The notes under the pieces: generated by a model
What the model was told of the DNA's origin: nothing
Database searches by the model: none
What the model saw: the letters and a program-made list of their open reading frames with translations, nothing else
Shown here: in pieces, positions 10,239 to 20,179 of the stretch
Layout: the number at the start of each line of letters is the position of its first letter
How positions within the stretch are numbered: position 1 is the first letter of the stretch
IMG/VR virus record: IMGVR_UViG_3300027541_000009
Location: 124,001-188,000 of that record
Direction: 5' to 3' (one strand)
DNA: 64,000 bases
Program-made: the position numbers and the translations under genes

Positions 10239-11008
10239 CTGCAACAATTACCGAAGTAAAAAAGTTTTGGGATGATCGTCCCTGCAATGTCAGACATTCT
10301 TCAAAAGAGGTTGGTACTAAAGAATATTTTAATGAGGTAGAAAGAAAGAAATTTTTTGTTGAACCTCACATCCTTGACTTCACTGAATTTTCCAAATGGG
10401 AAGGTAAAAAAGTTTTAGAGATTGGTTGTGGTCTTGCTACAGTTGGTTTGAACTTTGCTCTTAATGGGGCAGATTATACTGGAGTAGAACTTTCTGAATC
10501 AAGTCTTGAACTTGCTAAACAAAGATTTGAAGTATTTGAGCAGACTGGAAAGTTTTATTCTGGAAACGCTGAAGAACTTTCAACCTTTGTCCCTGCAGAG
10601 ACTTATGATTTGGTTTATTCTTTTGGGGTAATTCATCATAGTCCTCACCCAGAAAAGATTATTTCTGAGATTAAAAAGTATATGAACGAGAATAGTGTTC
10701 TCAAGATTATGCTTTATGCAAAAGACTCTTGGAAAAATTATATGATTGAGTCTGGTCTTGATCAACCAGAAGCACAGTATGGTTGTCCAATCGCTAATAC
10801 ATATACTAAGCAAGATGTGGTAGACTTGTTGGATGGATATGAAGTTCTATCAATTGAACAGGATCATATCTTCCCCTATCAAATAGAACCTTATAAGAAT
10901 GGTGAGTATGTGAGACAACCTTGGTTTGAATCCATGCCTCCGGAAATGTTTAGAGTTCTTGAAAAAAATCTTGGTTGGCATTTACTTATTACAGCAAAAC
11001 TAAAATGA
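10235..11008 (+). CDS. Class I SAM-dependent methyltransferase
   Basis: VLEIGCGLA, GVELS, GNAEEL, YDLVYSFGVIHH. Confidence 0.88.
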   Translation: MTATITEVKKFWDDRPCNVRHSSKEVGTKEYFNEVERKKFFVEPHILDFTEFSKWEGKKVLEIGCGLATVGLNFALNGADYTGVELSESSLELAKQRFEVFEQTGKFYSGNAEELSTFVPAETYDLVYSFGVIHHSPHPEKIISEIKKYMNENSVLKIMLYAKDSWKNYMIESGLDQPEAQYGCPIANTYTKQDVVDLLDGYEVLSIEQDHIFPYQIEPYKNGEYVRQPWFESMPPEMFRVLEKNLGWHLLITAKLK

Positions 11009-12159
11009 AAGTAGGAGTTATTGGGGCAGGTAGACTTGGTATTTGCTTTGCCCTTCTTTTAGAAAAAGCAGGTTATGAGGTTGTAGCCTCTGATGTTAGA
11101 GAAGACTATGTAAATGGTCTTCTACAAAGAACCATTGATACTCACGAACCAGAAGTTCAGCAACTTCTTTCTGAAGCAAAGAATATTACATTTAAAACTG
11201 GAAACTATGATGTTATCCGAGAGTGTGATGTTCTTTATACTCTGGTAGCGACGCCATCTCTTCCTGACGGAAGTTATGATGTTAGTGCTGTTTGGGGTGT
11301 TATCAATGATATTCAAAATGCTCCAGACCTTGGGATTGAAGTTAAAGGTAAATGTTTTGTAGTTGGATGTACAACTAATCCGGGTGATTGTGATAATTTT
11401 CAATCCCAACTCAATGCTTATGGCGTAGATGTTTACTATAATCCTGAGTTTATTGCTCAGGGAAATATTATTAAGGACCTGCAGAATGCAGATATGGTCC
11501 TTGTTGGTGGACCCGAAGGTCAGTATCGCCCATTCATTGAAGAAATTTATAATAGAATTCAAGTAACAGAACCAAGAATTTATTTTATGTCAACGACTGC
11601 TGCAGAGTTAGTTAAACTTGCAGTCAATTGTTTCTTAACTACCAAGATTAGTTATGCAAATATGGTTGGCGAAGTCATGTCTCTTGCTGGTCTTGAAGAA
11701 GAAATTGATCATGTTCTTAAAGCAATCGGTTCTGATACAAGAGTTGGTAGTAAATATCTGAAATATGGATATGGATTTGGTGGTCCGTGCTTACCAAGAG
11801 ACAATCGTTCTTTTGCTGCTTATGCAAAAAAACTTGGTTTAGAATATAACCTTGGAAAAACAACTGATGACTTTAATAATGAACACGCAAAGTTTTTGAA
11901 AACCTACTTTATCAAAAAGAACGAGAATAAAATTCCATTTGCTTTTCATTACATTTCATATAAAGAAGGAACTGATATCCTTACCGAGAGTCAGCAGTAT
12001 CGTCTTTGCTTAGACCTTCTCGATGAGGGTTATAAAGTATATGTACTTGACAATCAAGCAATTCTTGGTCAAGTAAAAGATTTCCTAGAATCAAAATATG
12101 GAGATAGAGTTGTGGTTGATGGAATTCCCAATGAAGAGGTATACTGGATTGATTTGTGA
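11005..12159 (+). CDS. ugd: UDP-glucose/GDP-mannose dehydrogenase family protein
   Basis: GAGRLG Rossmann motif, VATP, YNPEFIAQG, AELVKLAVN, GYGFGGPCLPRD. Confidence 0.85.
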   Translation: MKVGVIGAGRLGICFALLLEKAGYEVVASDVREDYVNGLLQRTIDTHEPEVQQLLSEAKNITFKTGNYDVIRECDVLYTLVATPSLPDGSYDVSAVWGVINDIQNAPDLGIEVKGKCFVVGCTTNPGDCDNFQSQLNAYGVDVYYNPEFIAQGNIIKDLQNADMVLVGGPEGQYRPFIEEIYNRIQVTEPRIYFMSTTAAELVKLAVNCFLTTKISYANMVGEVMSLAGLEEEIDHVLKAIGSDTRVGSKYLKYGYGFGGPCLPRDNRSFAAYAKKLGLEYNLGKTTDDFNNEHAKFLKTYFIKKNENKIPFAFHYISYKEGTDILTESQQYRLCLDLLDEGYKVYVLDNQAILGQVKDFLESKYGDRVVVDGIPNEEVYWIDL

Positions 12160-12971
12160 TGGATTTTAATAAATTGGATAAGAATAAATCAGCATACAAA
12201 CTAAAAAATATTGGACCCATTTATTATCTTAATCTTGATGGACAGCAAGAAAGGAGAGAATATATGGAGTCCCAATTTAAATATTGGGAAGTTGAAAATT
12301 ATACACGCATCTCTGCATACGATGGTCGTGAAGATGACTTAAGTGATATTATAATAGGTCGCTATCCTGAAAATATGACATCGGGTGAGATTGGATGTAT
12401 TACATCTCACCTTAAGGCAATAAAGCATTGGTATGAAACCTCAGATAGTCCATATGCAATCATCATGGAAGATGATTGTAATCTTGATTTGGTGAAATAC
12501 TGGGATTTTAATTGGTCAGATTTTTATGCACATATTCCATATGATTGGGATGTAGTTCAAATCGCAATCATTTGTACTGGTGATTTGCATGTTAGATTGC
12601 ATAAGAGATTTGTTAATGACTTTTCAACAGCTTGCTATCTTATTAATAGACATCATGCAGAAAAGTTATTGAAGTTCCATGTCCGTGGAGAAAAATATAA
12701 ACTGGATAATGGAGTCAAACCTCGTCCAGTTGCGGATGATTTGATTTATAATTCTGGAAATACATATTCAATTCCTCTTCTCTTTTATAGAATTGAACTT
12801 GGATCATCTATTCATCCGGAACATGTTGATATTTTTCATAAAGGAAATCACACTGCACTCTCCGAATTTTGGGAGCAAAATGGTTCTAAAATTAAAATAG
12901 AAGAATACATGGATTATGATCCATATCTGGGGAGAATAACCGAAAATTCTACTTCTCAGCAAAACACTTGA
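12156..12971 (+). CDS. GT25 glycosyltransferase (LPS/LOS biosynthesis-like)
   Basis: YYLNLD...RR, RISAYDG, GEIGCITSHLKA, IMEDD. Confidence 0.85.
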   Translation: MMDFNKLDKNKSAYKLKNIGPIYYLNLDGQQERREYMESQFKYWEVENYTRISAYDGREDDLSDIIIGRYPENMTSGEIGCITSHLKAIKHWYETSDSPYAIIMEDDCNLDLVKYWDFNWSDFYAHIPYDWDVVQIAIICTGDLHVRLHKRFVNDFSTACYLINRHHAEKLLKFHVRGEKYKLDNGVKPRPVADDLIYNSGNTYSIPLLFYRIELGSSIHPEHVDIFHKGNHTALSEFWEQNGSKIKIEEYMDYDPYLGRITENSTSQQNT

Positions 12972-13001
12972 CAAAATTTAAGAATCTCTCTATACTAAAT
13001 A
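12968..13001 (+). promoter_or_regulatory. Sigma70-type promoter (TTGACA-17-TATACT) overlapping a T4-type late promoter (TAAATA) for the porin gene
   Basis: TTGACA 12968-12973, TATACT 12991-12996, TAAATA 12996-13001. Confidence 0.75.
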
Positions 13002-13063
13002 AGTACTTAAGAATTCAGTTGTAATTCTTAACATTTGTCCTATAGTACATAAAAAATAATTTT

Positions 13064-14560
13064 ATGAAACTCAAACAACTGATGCTTGCACCTGTTGCTC
13101 TGGGAATGGTTGCTCCTGTTGCTGCGAATGCGGCAGACCTTAACATGGCAGCAGTCAACCAATATGCAACCTCTGAGCAGGTCACAAGCGTCTCACAACT
13201 GTCTGATGTTCAACCTACGGATTGGGCATATCAGGCACTCAGCAACCTTGTAGAGCGTTATGGTTGCGTTGCTGGTTATCCAAATGGCACCTTCAGTGGT
13301 GGCAAAGCAATGACTCGCTATGAGGCAGCAGCACTTCTGAATGCTTGCTTGGATCGCGTAACAGAAAATACTGATGAACTCAAGCGTCTTGCTAATGAGT
13401 TCCGTGATGAACTCACTGTTATTCAAGGTAAGGTTGCAAGTTTGGAAACCAAAGTAGGTGCTCTTGAAGCAACTCAGTTCTCTACCACCACAAAACTTCG
13501 CGGTGAAGCAAACTTTGTTCTTGGTGGTGTAGATAATGCTTGGACTCCCGGTTCAACTGCAAGTACGAATGTTGGTAATACTGCATTCAACTATGATCTT
13601 CGCCTGAACTTTGACACATCGTTCACTGGTAAAGATCTGCTCCGCACTCGTCTGCGTTCTGGCAACTTCTCCAGTCAACCCTTCGGTTCTTCTTCTTCTC
13701 TGTTCAAACTGGATAAGGCAGAGAGTACCGCAAATGCAGTTACTCTCGACCGTCTCTACTATCAGTTCCCTGCACTTGCTAAGGGTGTAACTCTGACTGC
13801 TGGTGCTCTGGTTCGTAACACTGAAATGACCTGGATTCCTACTGCATATAAGTCGGAAGTTCTTGACTTCTTCCAACTTGCTGGTGCTCCTGGCGTCTAT
13901 AACAAGGCAACTGGTGCTGGTTTTGGTGCCCAGTGGTCACAAGGTAAGAAAGGTTTTGTTGCTGGTCTGAACTATGTTGCTCAAAATGGTGGCGATTCCA
14001 CCAAAGGTGAGTTCAACGAAAAGGGTGCCCTGAACACTCTGGCACAGATTGGTTATCGTGCTCCTAACTACGGTATTGCATTCGGTTATCGTTATGGTAC
14101 TGAAGGCACTCGTGTTCGCACCTTTAATGGTGTTGCTGGTGCTTCTGGTGCTCTTGCTCCAGGTCAAACCTCCAACGGTTATGCTCTGAGTGCTTACTGG
14201 CAACCCTCTAAGTCTGGCATTGTTCCCTCGGTATCTGCTGGTTATGGTTGGAACACTGTAAGTCTGAATGCTGAAGGTGCAGCAACTCCTGCTGGTGCTA
14301 CCGATTCTCAAACTTGGTATGCTGGTCTTCAGTGGAGTGATGTACTTGCCAAGGGTAATTCTGCAGGTTTTGCTGTGGGTCAACCTGGTAATGCAGAAGG
14401 ACTGGATGAGGATGCAACGATGTGGGAAGTATTCTACAAGTATCGTGTAAGCGATAACATTACTATTACTCCTGCAGTGTTCTATGCTTCTAACAACCAA
14501 GCATTCACTGATGCTTCTTCCAACTTTGGTGGTGTAATCCAAACCAAATTTACTTTCTGA
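13064..14560 (+). CDS. Cyanobacterial SomA/B-type outer-membrane porin with SLH domain
   Basis: Signal peptide, SLH (SDVQPTDWAYQAL...TRYEAAALLNACL), coiled coil, FSTTTKLRGE barrel start, terminal TKFTF. Confidence 0.9.
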   Translation: MKLKQLMLAPVALGMVAPVAANAADLNMAAVNQYATSEQVTSVSQLSDVQPTDWAYQALSNLVERYGCVAGYPNGTFSGGKAMTRYEAAALLNACLDRVTENTDELKRLANEFRDELTVIQGKVASLETKVGALEATQFSTTTKLRGEANFVLGGVDNAWTPGSTASTNVGNTAFNYDLRLNFDTSFTGKDLLRTRLRSGNFSSQPFGSSSSLFKLDKAESTANAVTLDRLYYQFPALAKGVTLTAGALVRNTEMTWIPTAYKSEVLDFFQLAGAPGVYNKATGAGFGAQWSQGKKGFVAGLNYVAQNGGDSTKGEFNEKGALNTLAQIGYRAPNYGIAFGYRYGTEGTRVRTFNGVAGASGALAPGQTSNGYALSAYWQPSKSGIVPSVSAGYGWNTVSLNAEGAATPAGATDSQTWYAGLQWSDVLAKGNSAGFAVGQPGNAEGLDEDATMWEVFYKYRVSDNITITPAVFYASNNQAFTDASSNFGGVIQTKFTF

Positions 14561-14579
14561 TAAACTGAAAGTGTGATAA

Positions 14580-15872
<1,293 letters not shown>

Positions 15873-15942
15873 ACCTTAACCTTCTCTTAGTGGACTTTAA
15901 TTTTCATTTCCTTTAGAATTTCTTTGTAGTTATTCACTTTTT

Positions 15943-16905
15943 ATGAAACTCAAAAACTTTATTTCTATTAGTCTTGCTCTTGCTCCTGCTGCTGCATTTG
16001 CTGGGACTACTTTGAACGGTGCAGGTGCCACCTTCCCAGCACCTCTTTATCAACGATGGTTCCAAGATTATGCACGAACTTCTGGGAGTAGGGTTAATTA
16101 TCAGTCCGTTGGTTCTGGTGCTGGTGTTCGTCAATTCCTTGCGGGAACGGTTGATTTCGCAGCAAGTGACGAACCCATCAAACCCGCAGAAGCGGCAAAA
16201 GTGAAGCGTGGTGTTGTCCAGATCCCTATGATTGGTGGAACGATTGCTGTTGCTTACAACAATCCTAGTTGCACTCTGAAACTCACTCAAAAGCAAACTG
16301 TTGATATTTTTGCTGGTCGTATTAAAGACTGGAAGCAAGTCGGATGTGCTGCTGGTCCGATGAAAGTTGTTCATCGTTCTGATGGTTCTGGAACTACTTT
16401 TGCATTCACCAACTCTTTGGAAGCATTTGGTGGTTGGACTTATGGTGTAGGTAAGTCTATTAATTGGCCTACTGGTGTTGGTTCAAAAGGTAACGAAGGT
16501 GTTTCTGGTACTATCAAAAACACTCCTGGTGCTATTGGTTATGTGAATACTGGATTTGTTCGTGCCAACAAACTTAAAGCAGCAGTTATTCAAAACAAGG
16601 CAGGTAAGTTTGTCGGTCCTTCCGCTGTGACTGGTGCTGCTGCTCTGAATAGCATTACTCTGGATGCAAACCTTGCTGGCGAAAATCCCAATCCCTCTGG
16701 AACAAATGCATATCCAATTTCTACTCTGACTTGGATCCTTGCATATAAGAAAGGTAATGGTGCTAAGACTGATGATATCCGTGCTGCTCTGAACTATGCT
16801 TTGAGCACAAAAGCACAGATGATTGCTGATGATTTGGGTTATGTTCCTCTTGCAGGTTCGGTTCTCAACAAATCACGCATTGCTGTTGGGCGTATTGGTC
16901 AGTAA
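15943..16905 (+). CDS. pstS: Phosphate ABC transporter substrate-binding protein
   Basis: GAGATFPAPLY, YQSVGSGAG, VDFAASD, HRSDGSGTT, KGNEGV, YPISTLTWIL. Confidence 0.96.
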   Translation: MKLKNFISISLALAPAAAFAGTTLNGAGATFPAPLYQRWFQDYARTSGSRVNYQSVGSGAGVRQFLAGTVDFAASDEPIKPAEAAKVKRGVVQIPMIGGTIAVAYNNPSCTLKLTQKQTVDIFAGRIKDWKQVGCAAGPMKVVHRSDGSGTTFAFTNSLEAFGGWTYGVGKSINWPTGVGSKGNEGVSGTIKNTPGAIGYVNTGFVRANKLKAAVIQNKAGKFVGPSAVTGAAALNSITLDANLAGENPNPSGTNAYPISTLTWILAYKKGNGAKTDDIRAALNYALSTKAQMIADDLGYVPLAGSVLNKSRIAVGRIGQ

Positions 16906-16936
16906 TTCCTAACAAAACTAGGTATAAATGACTACG

Positions 16937-16973
16937 AGGGGTGCTTGACACCCCTTTATTTTTGCTATATAAT
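16937..16973 (+). promoter_or_regulatory. Terminator hairpin fused to a sigma70 promoter (TTGACA-17-TATAAT) for hli
   Basis: AGGGGTG/CACCCCT stem plus T-rich tail; TTGACA 16945-16950, TATAAT 16968-16973. Confidence 0.75.
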
Positions 16974-17001
16974 TGTGTAACAATTCGTAATAAAACGAAA
17001 A

Positions 17002-17211
17002 ATGACTGTAACAAAAAACGAGTTTGGGCAAATGAATATGTTTGCCAAAGAACCCGCGATGTATATGACCAAGGAAGACCTTGAGCGTTATGGCATCGAA
17101 CCCTATGCAGAAAAAGCGGAGAAAATGAATGGACGCTGGGCTATGGTCGGCATTGTTGCTGGCGCTATTTCTTATGCTCTCACTGGGCACCTCTTCTTTG
17201 GAGTAGTTTGA
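17002..17211 (+). CDS. hli: High-light inducible protein
   Basis: AEKMNGRWAMVG chlorophyll-binding helix motif. Confidence 0.92.
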   Translation: MTVTKNEFGQMNMFAKEPAMYMTKEDLERYGIEPYAEKAEKMNGRWAMVGIVAGAISYALTGHLFFGVV

Positions 17212-17220
17212 GACTTGACA

Positions 17221-17307
17221 ATGACTTCAACTATCTTTACAATAACATCAGTTGCCTTTTTTGTTTTACTGGCAGCATCCGTTGAAAAAATTTGCGAGAC
17301 TTACTAA
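17221..17307 (+). CDS. 28-aa single-helix membrane peptide (not in ORF track)
   Basis: [28 protein letters not shown]; its TAA overlaps the petF ATG (TAATG). Confidence 0.6.
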   Translation: MTSTIFTITSVAFFVLLAASVEKICETY

Positions 17308-17600
17308 TGACCGTTTTTAATGTCACTCTCCAATCCCCTGATGGCACCGAAACTACTATCAAATGTCCTGATGACCAGTACATCCTTGAAGCAGCAGAAG
17401 AGGCAGGTGTTGACCTCCCTTCATCGTGTAAGGCAGGCGCTTGCTCTGCCTGTGCTGGCAAACTCATTTCTGGCACCGTTGACAACGAAGAACAATCGTT
17501 CCTTGATGATGATCAACAAGCAGAAGGTTGGGTTCTCACTTGCGTTGCTTATCCCACAAGTGATTGTGTAATTCTTACTGAACAGGAAGAGAATCTGTGA
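17307..17600 (+). CDS. petF: Plant-type [2Fe-2S] ferredoxin
   Basis: [36 protein letters not shown]. Confidence 0.96.
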   Translation: MTVFNVTLQSPDGTETTIKCPDDQYILEAAEEAGVDLPSSCKAGACSACAGKLISGTVDNEEQSFLDDDQQAEGWVLTCVAYPTSDCVILTEQEENL

Positions 17601-17875
17601 GCACTGCTGGTATGCTAGGGCAGTTCGCAATTGCCCTTCAAGAACTTGGGTGGAATGCTGATGATGAAATCTCGGTGGAGATTGGAGGAGTAGCAGTAAC
17701 AGGAACTGCTACCAGTCCAAATGCAAATCCAAAATGGGCAAAACCATTTGGAACTGTATCCTACCAAAACGATGCTTTCATCGTAATTAAAAACAAATCG
17801 AGGAACCCAGTTGTTCCTTCACAACCAAATCCTGAACTTAAACAACACCACCTTTATCAAGGAGAAAACAAATGA
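17597..17875 (+). CDS. Hypothetical protein
   Basis: GTG start overlapping the petF stop, tight operon packing. Confidence 0.6.
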   Translation: MSTAGMLGQFAIALQELGWNADDEISVEIGGVAVTGTATSPNANPKWAKPFGTVSYQNDAFIVIKNKSRNPVVPSQPNPELKQHHLYQGENK

Positions 17876-17991
17876 AAAATCTTTTTACTGAAAAAGCTGA
17901 GCGTATTAATGGTTGGTTTGCAATGATTGGTTTTGTTGCAGCCGCTGGTTCTTATCTTACTACCGGTCAAATTATCCCCGGTGTGTTTTGA
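17872..17991 (+). CDS. hli: Second high-light inducible protein, 39 aa (not in ORF track)
   Basis: [39 protein letters not shown]; AGGAG RBS upstream. Confidence 0.92.
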   Translation: MKNLFTEKAERINGWFAMIGFVAAAGSYLTTGQIIPGVF

Positions 17992-18002
17992 TAGAGGTCA
18001 AA

Positions 18003-18530
18003 ATGCGTAAAGAGCAATATCAAGTTCCACAAGTACAATTTGTATTCCGTGAGAATAGTGAGTTTGTAAATCGTACATCCGCAGAACTATTCAATGGAAA
18101 GCGTGTGGTCATTTTTAGCCTGCCTGGTGCTTTCACTCCTACTTGCAGTGCCTATCAGCTACCTGGATTCGAAGAGAAATACGACGACTTTATTGGTAGT
18201 GGCATCGACGCTATTTACTGCATCTCTGTTAATGATGGGTTTGTGATGAATGCCTGGGCACAAGACCAGAACATTGAGAAAGTAAAACTCATTCCAGATG
18301 GAAATGCATATTTCACACGCTCTATGGGAATGCTTGTTAGTAAGTCCAACCTTGGTTTCGGTGATCGCTCTTGGCGTTATGCTGCAGTCGTGGATAACGG
18401 AATCATCGAGAAACTGTTTGTTGAACCAGGACAGCGCGATAATGCCCCTGAAGATCCTTATGTTGAGACTACTCCAGAAAATGTTTTTGAATATGTAAAA
18501 TCTACGGTTCGAGAAACTGTTACTGCCTGA
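18003..18530 (+). CDS. Peroxiredoxin (Prx5/redoxin family)
   Basis: FSLPGAFTPTCS, ISVNDGFVMNAW, GFGDRSWRYAAVV. True start is probably 18003 rather than 17913. Confidence 0.92.
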   Translation: MRKEQYQVPQVQFVFRENSEFVNRTSAELFNGKRVVIFSLPGAFTPTCSAYQLPGFEEKYDDFIGSGIDAIYCISVNDGFVMNAWAQDQNIEKVKLIPDGNAYFTRSMGMLVSKSNLGFGDRSWRYAAVVDNGIIEKLFVEPGQRDNAPEDPYVETTPENVFEYVKSTVRETVTA

Positions 18531-18538
18531 AGATAATC

Positions 18539-18563
18539 AAGCGCCCAAAAAGGCGCTTTTTTT
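18539..18563 (+). terminator. Intrinsic terminator, immediately followed by late promoter TAAATA (18565-18570)
   Basis: AAGCGCC/GGCGCTT stem plus T run. Confidence 0.75.
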
Positions 18564-18595
18564 ATAAATATCTTCAGTGTTTATAGAGATAATCC

Positions 18596-19267
18596 ATGAC
18601 CCTAGATCTTCATAACTTTTTTAAGTTTTATGATGATAGCAATTCAAATCATGTTGCAGCGGTTCAGTGGTTAGAAGATAATCTTCCTCCCCAATTTTTA
18701 GACGATGCGGAGACAGATTGGATTGGAATTTTTAGAACCAAACCCCCTACACCAGCGGTTCTAAACGTTCCATATTTCAATCAAGTAGATAACTACAGAG
18801 ATGCACATAGAACTTGCAACTCTTCATCGTGCGCTATGTGTCTTGCGTTCCTCAAGCCAGGAAGCATTAAAGGTGACGATGAATACGTCAAGAAAGTATT
18901 TGCGATTGGTGATACAACGGACCATGCCGTACAGACGAAGGTTCTGGCAGGTTATGGCGTTAAGTCACACTTTAGTTACAATCTATCTTTTGCTGATATT
19001 GATAAAAGTTTGGACGCTGGGAAGCCCGTTGTTATTGGCATACTCCATAGGGGTTCTCTTTCTGCACCTACTGGTGGGCACATGTGCGTTGTAATTGGTA
19101 AGACTCCAGACGGAAAAGGATATTACGTTAATGACCCATATGGATCATTGAATGATAACTATACTGGTCCTGTAACTAACGGTAAGAAAACAATCTATAC
19201 CAAAGCAGTTCTTAAGCACCGTTGGTGTCCAGGAGGCAATGATGGGTGGGGCAGAATCTTCGATTAG
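18596..19267 (+). CDS. C39-like cysteine peptidase (putative lysin) with N-terminal domain shared with the downstream lysozyme
   Basis: YFNQVDN..TCNSSSCAM (Gln, Cys), GHMCVVIG (His), VNDPYG (Asp). Confidence 0.75.
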   Translation: MTLDLHNFFKFYDDSNSNHVAAVQWLEDNLPPQFLDDAETDWIGIFRTKPPTPAVLNVPYFNQVDNYRDAHRTCNSSSCAMCLAFLKPGSIKGDDEYVKKVFAIGDTTDHAVQTKVLAGYGVKSHFSYNLSFADIDKSLDAGKPVVIGILHRGSLSAPTGGHMCVVIGKTPDGKGYYVNDPYGSLNDNYTGPVTNGKKTIYTKAVLKHRWCPGGNDGWGRIFD

Positions 19268-19365
19268 ATTTAAGGCAAAAATGCTTAAAGTGATCAAAGA
19301 ACTTACAAATCATGGAAAGCACGTAGAAGCAAACGAACTTTATCAACGGTATTTCGGAGAAAACA

Positions 19366-20034
19366 ATGGCAAGAATCGATTTACATAACTTCTTCAAGTT
19401 TTATGACGAGAAGAACCCCAACCACGTTAAAGCAGTGCAGTGGTTGGAAGATAACCTCCCAGTCAAATATCTAGAAGATAATATTGATTGGGCGGAGATT
19501 TATAGAGGAAAAAAGACTAGTGCTGCACCAGCAACCACTGCTGCTGCAGCTCCTGTAACAGGTGGTGATGATGTTCCTCAAATGGGCATCAAGTTAATCA
19601 AAGAGTTTGAGGGATGTCATCTGAAGGCATACCCAGACCCCTTGACTGGTGGACTTCCAATCACTATTGGTTGGGGATCTACTCGCAAGAAGGATGGATC
19701 ACCCTTCAAAATGGGTGATACCCTAACACAGGCAGAAGCAGATGAACTTCTTATCGAACAATGTAAGAAAGAGTTCCTTCCTGCTCTGCGTAAAATCCCT
19801 CATTGGAATGAAATGTCAGATGGAAAAAGAGGCGCTCTGCTCAGCTTTGCTTATAATCTTGGTGCCGGTTTTTACGGTGGCGATAACTTTAATACTATTA
19901 CTAAACGCTTGAAAAATAAGGAGTGGGATTTAGTTCCTGATGCTCTTTATCTCTATCGCAATCCTGGTTCTAATGTAGAAGCAGGACTTGCACGTAGAAG
20001 AAAAGCAGAGGGTGAATCCTGGAAGAAGGGATAA
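19366..20034 (+). CDS. GH24 phage lysozyme (endolysin)
   Basis: IKEFEGCHLKAYPD..TIGWGST, ALLSFAYNLG, GLARRRKAE. Confidence 0.92.
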   Translation: MARIDLHNFFKFYDEKNPNHVKAVQWLEDNLPVKYLEDNIDWAEIYRGKKTSAAPATTAAAAPVTGGDDVPQMGIKLIKEFEGCHLKAYPDPLTGGLPITIGWGSTRKKDGSPFKMGDTLTQAEADELLIEQCKKEFLPALRKIPHWNEMSDGKRGALLSFAYNLGAGFYGGDNFNTITKRLKNKEWDLVPDALYLYRNPGSNVEAGLARRRKAEGESWKKG

Positions 20035-20037
20035 ATA
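20032..20037 (+). promoter_or_regulatory. T4-type late promoter TAAATA upstream of the structured leader of the 708-aa gene
   Basis: TAAATA matches the gp55 consensus core. Confidence 0.55.
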
Positions 20038-20092
20038 GTTACAATCATAACTGATTCTTGATCTTAAATGGTCTGAATCTACATAGTCCGAA

Positions 20093-20173
20093 TCCTCTGT
20101 GATTCGGTGATTACTTTACTTTTAAACATAACTTCGGTTTGTTTTGTTTAGTACACACTGAACTCACAGAGGA
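20093..20173 (+). ncRNA. Candidate cis-regulatory leader hairpin sequestering the RBS of the 708-aa gene
   Basis: TCCTCTGTGA-TTCGGTG (20093-20109) pairs with CACTGAA-C-TCACAGAGGA (20156-20173); internal C(UUCG)G hairpin. Confidence 0.55.
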
Positions 20174-20179
20174 CTTTCT

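Noticed and set aside
15875-15903. Pho (SphR) box upstream of pstS
   Set aside because: Only one good CTTAACCT half-site; the further copies are degenerate and off the 11-bp register. Not supportable without a PWM scan.
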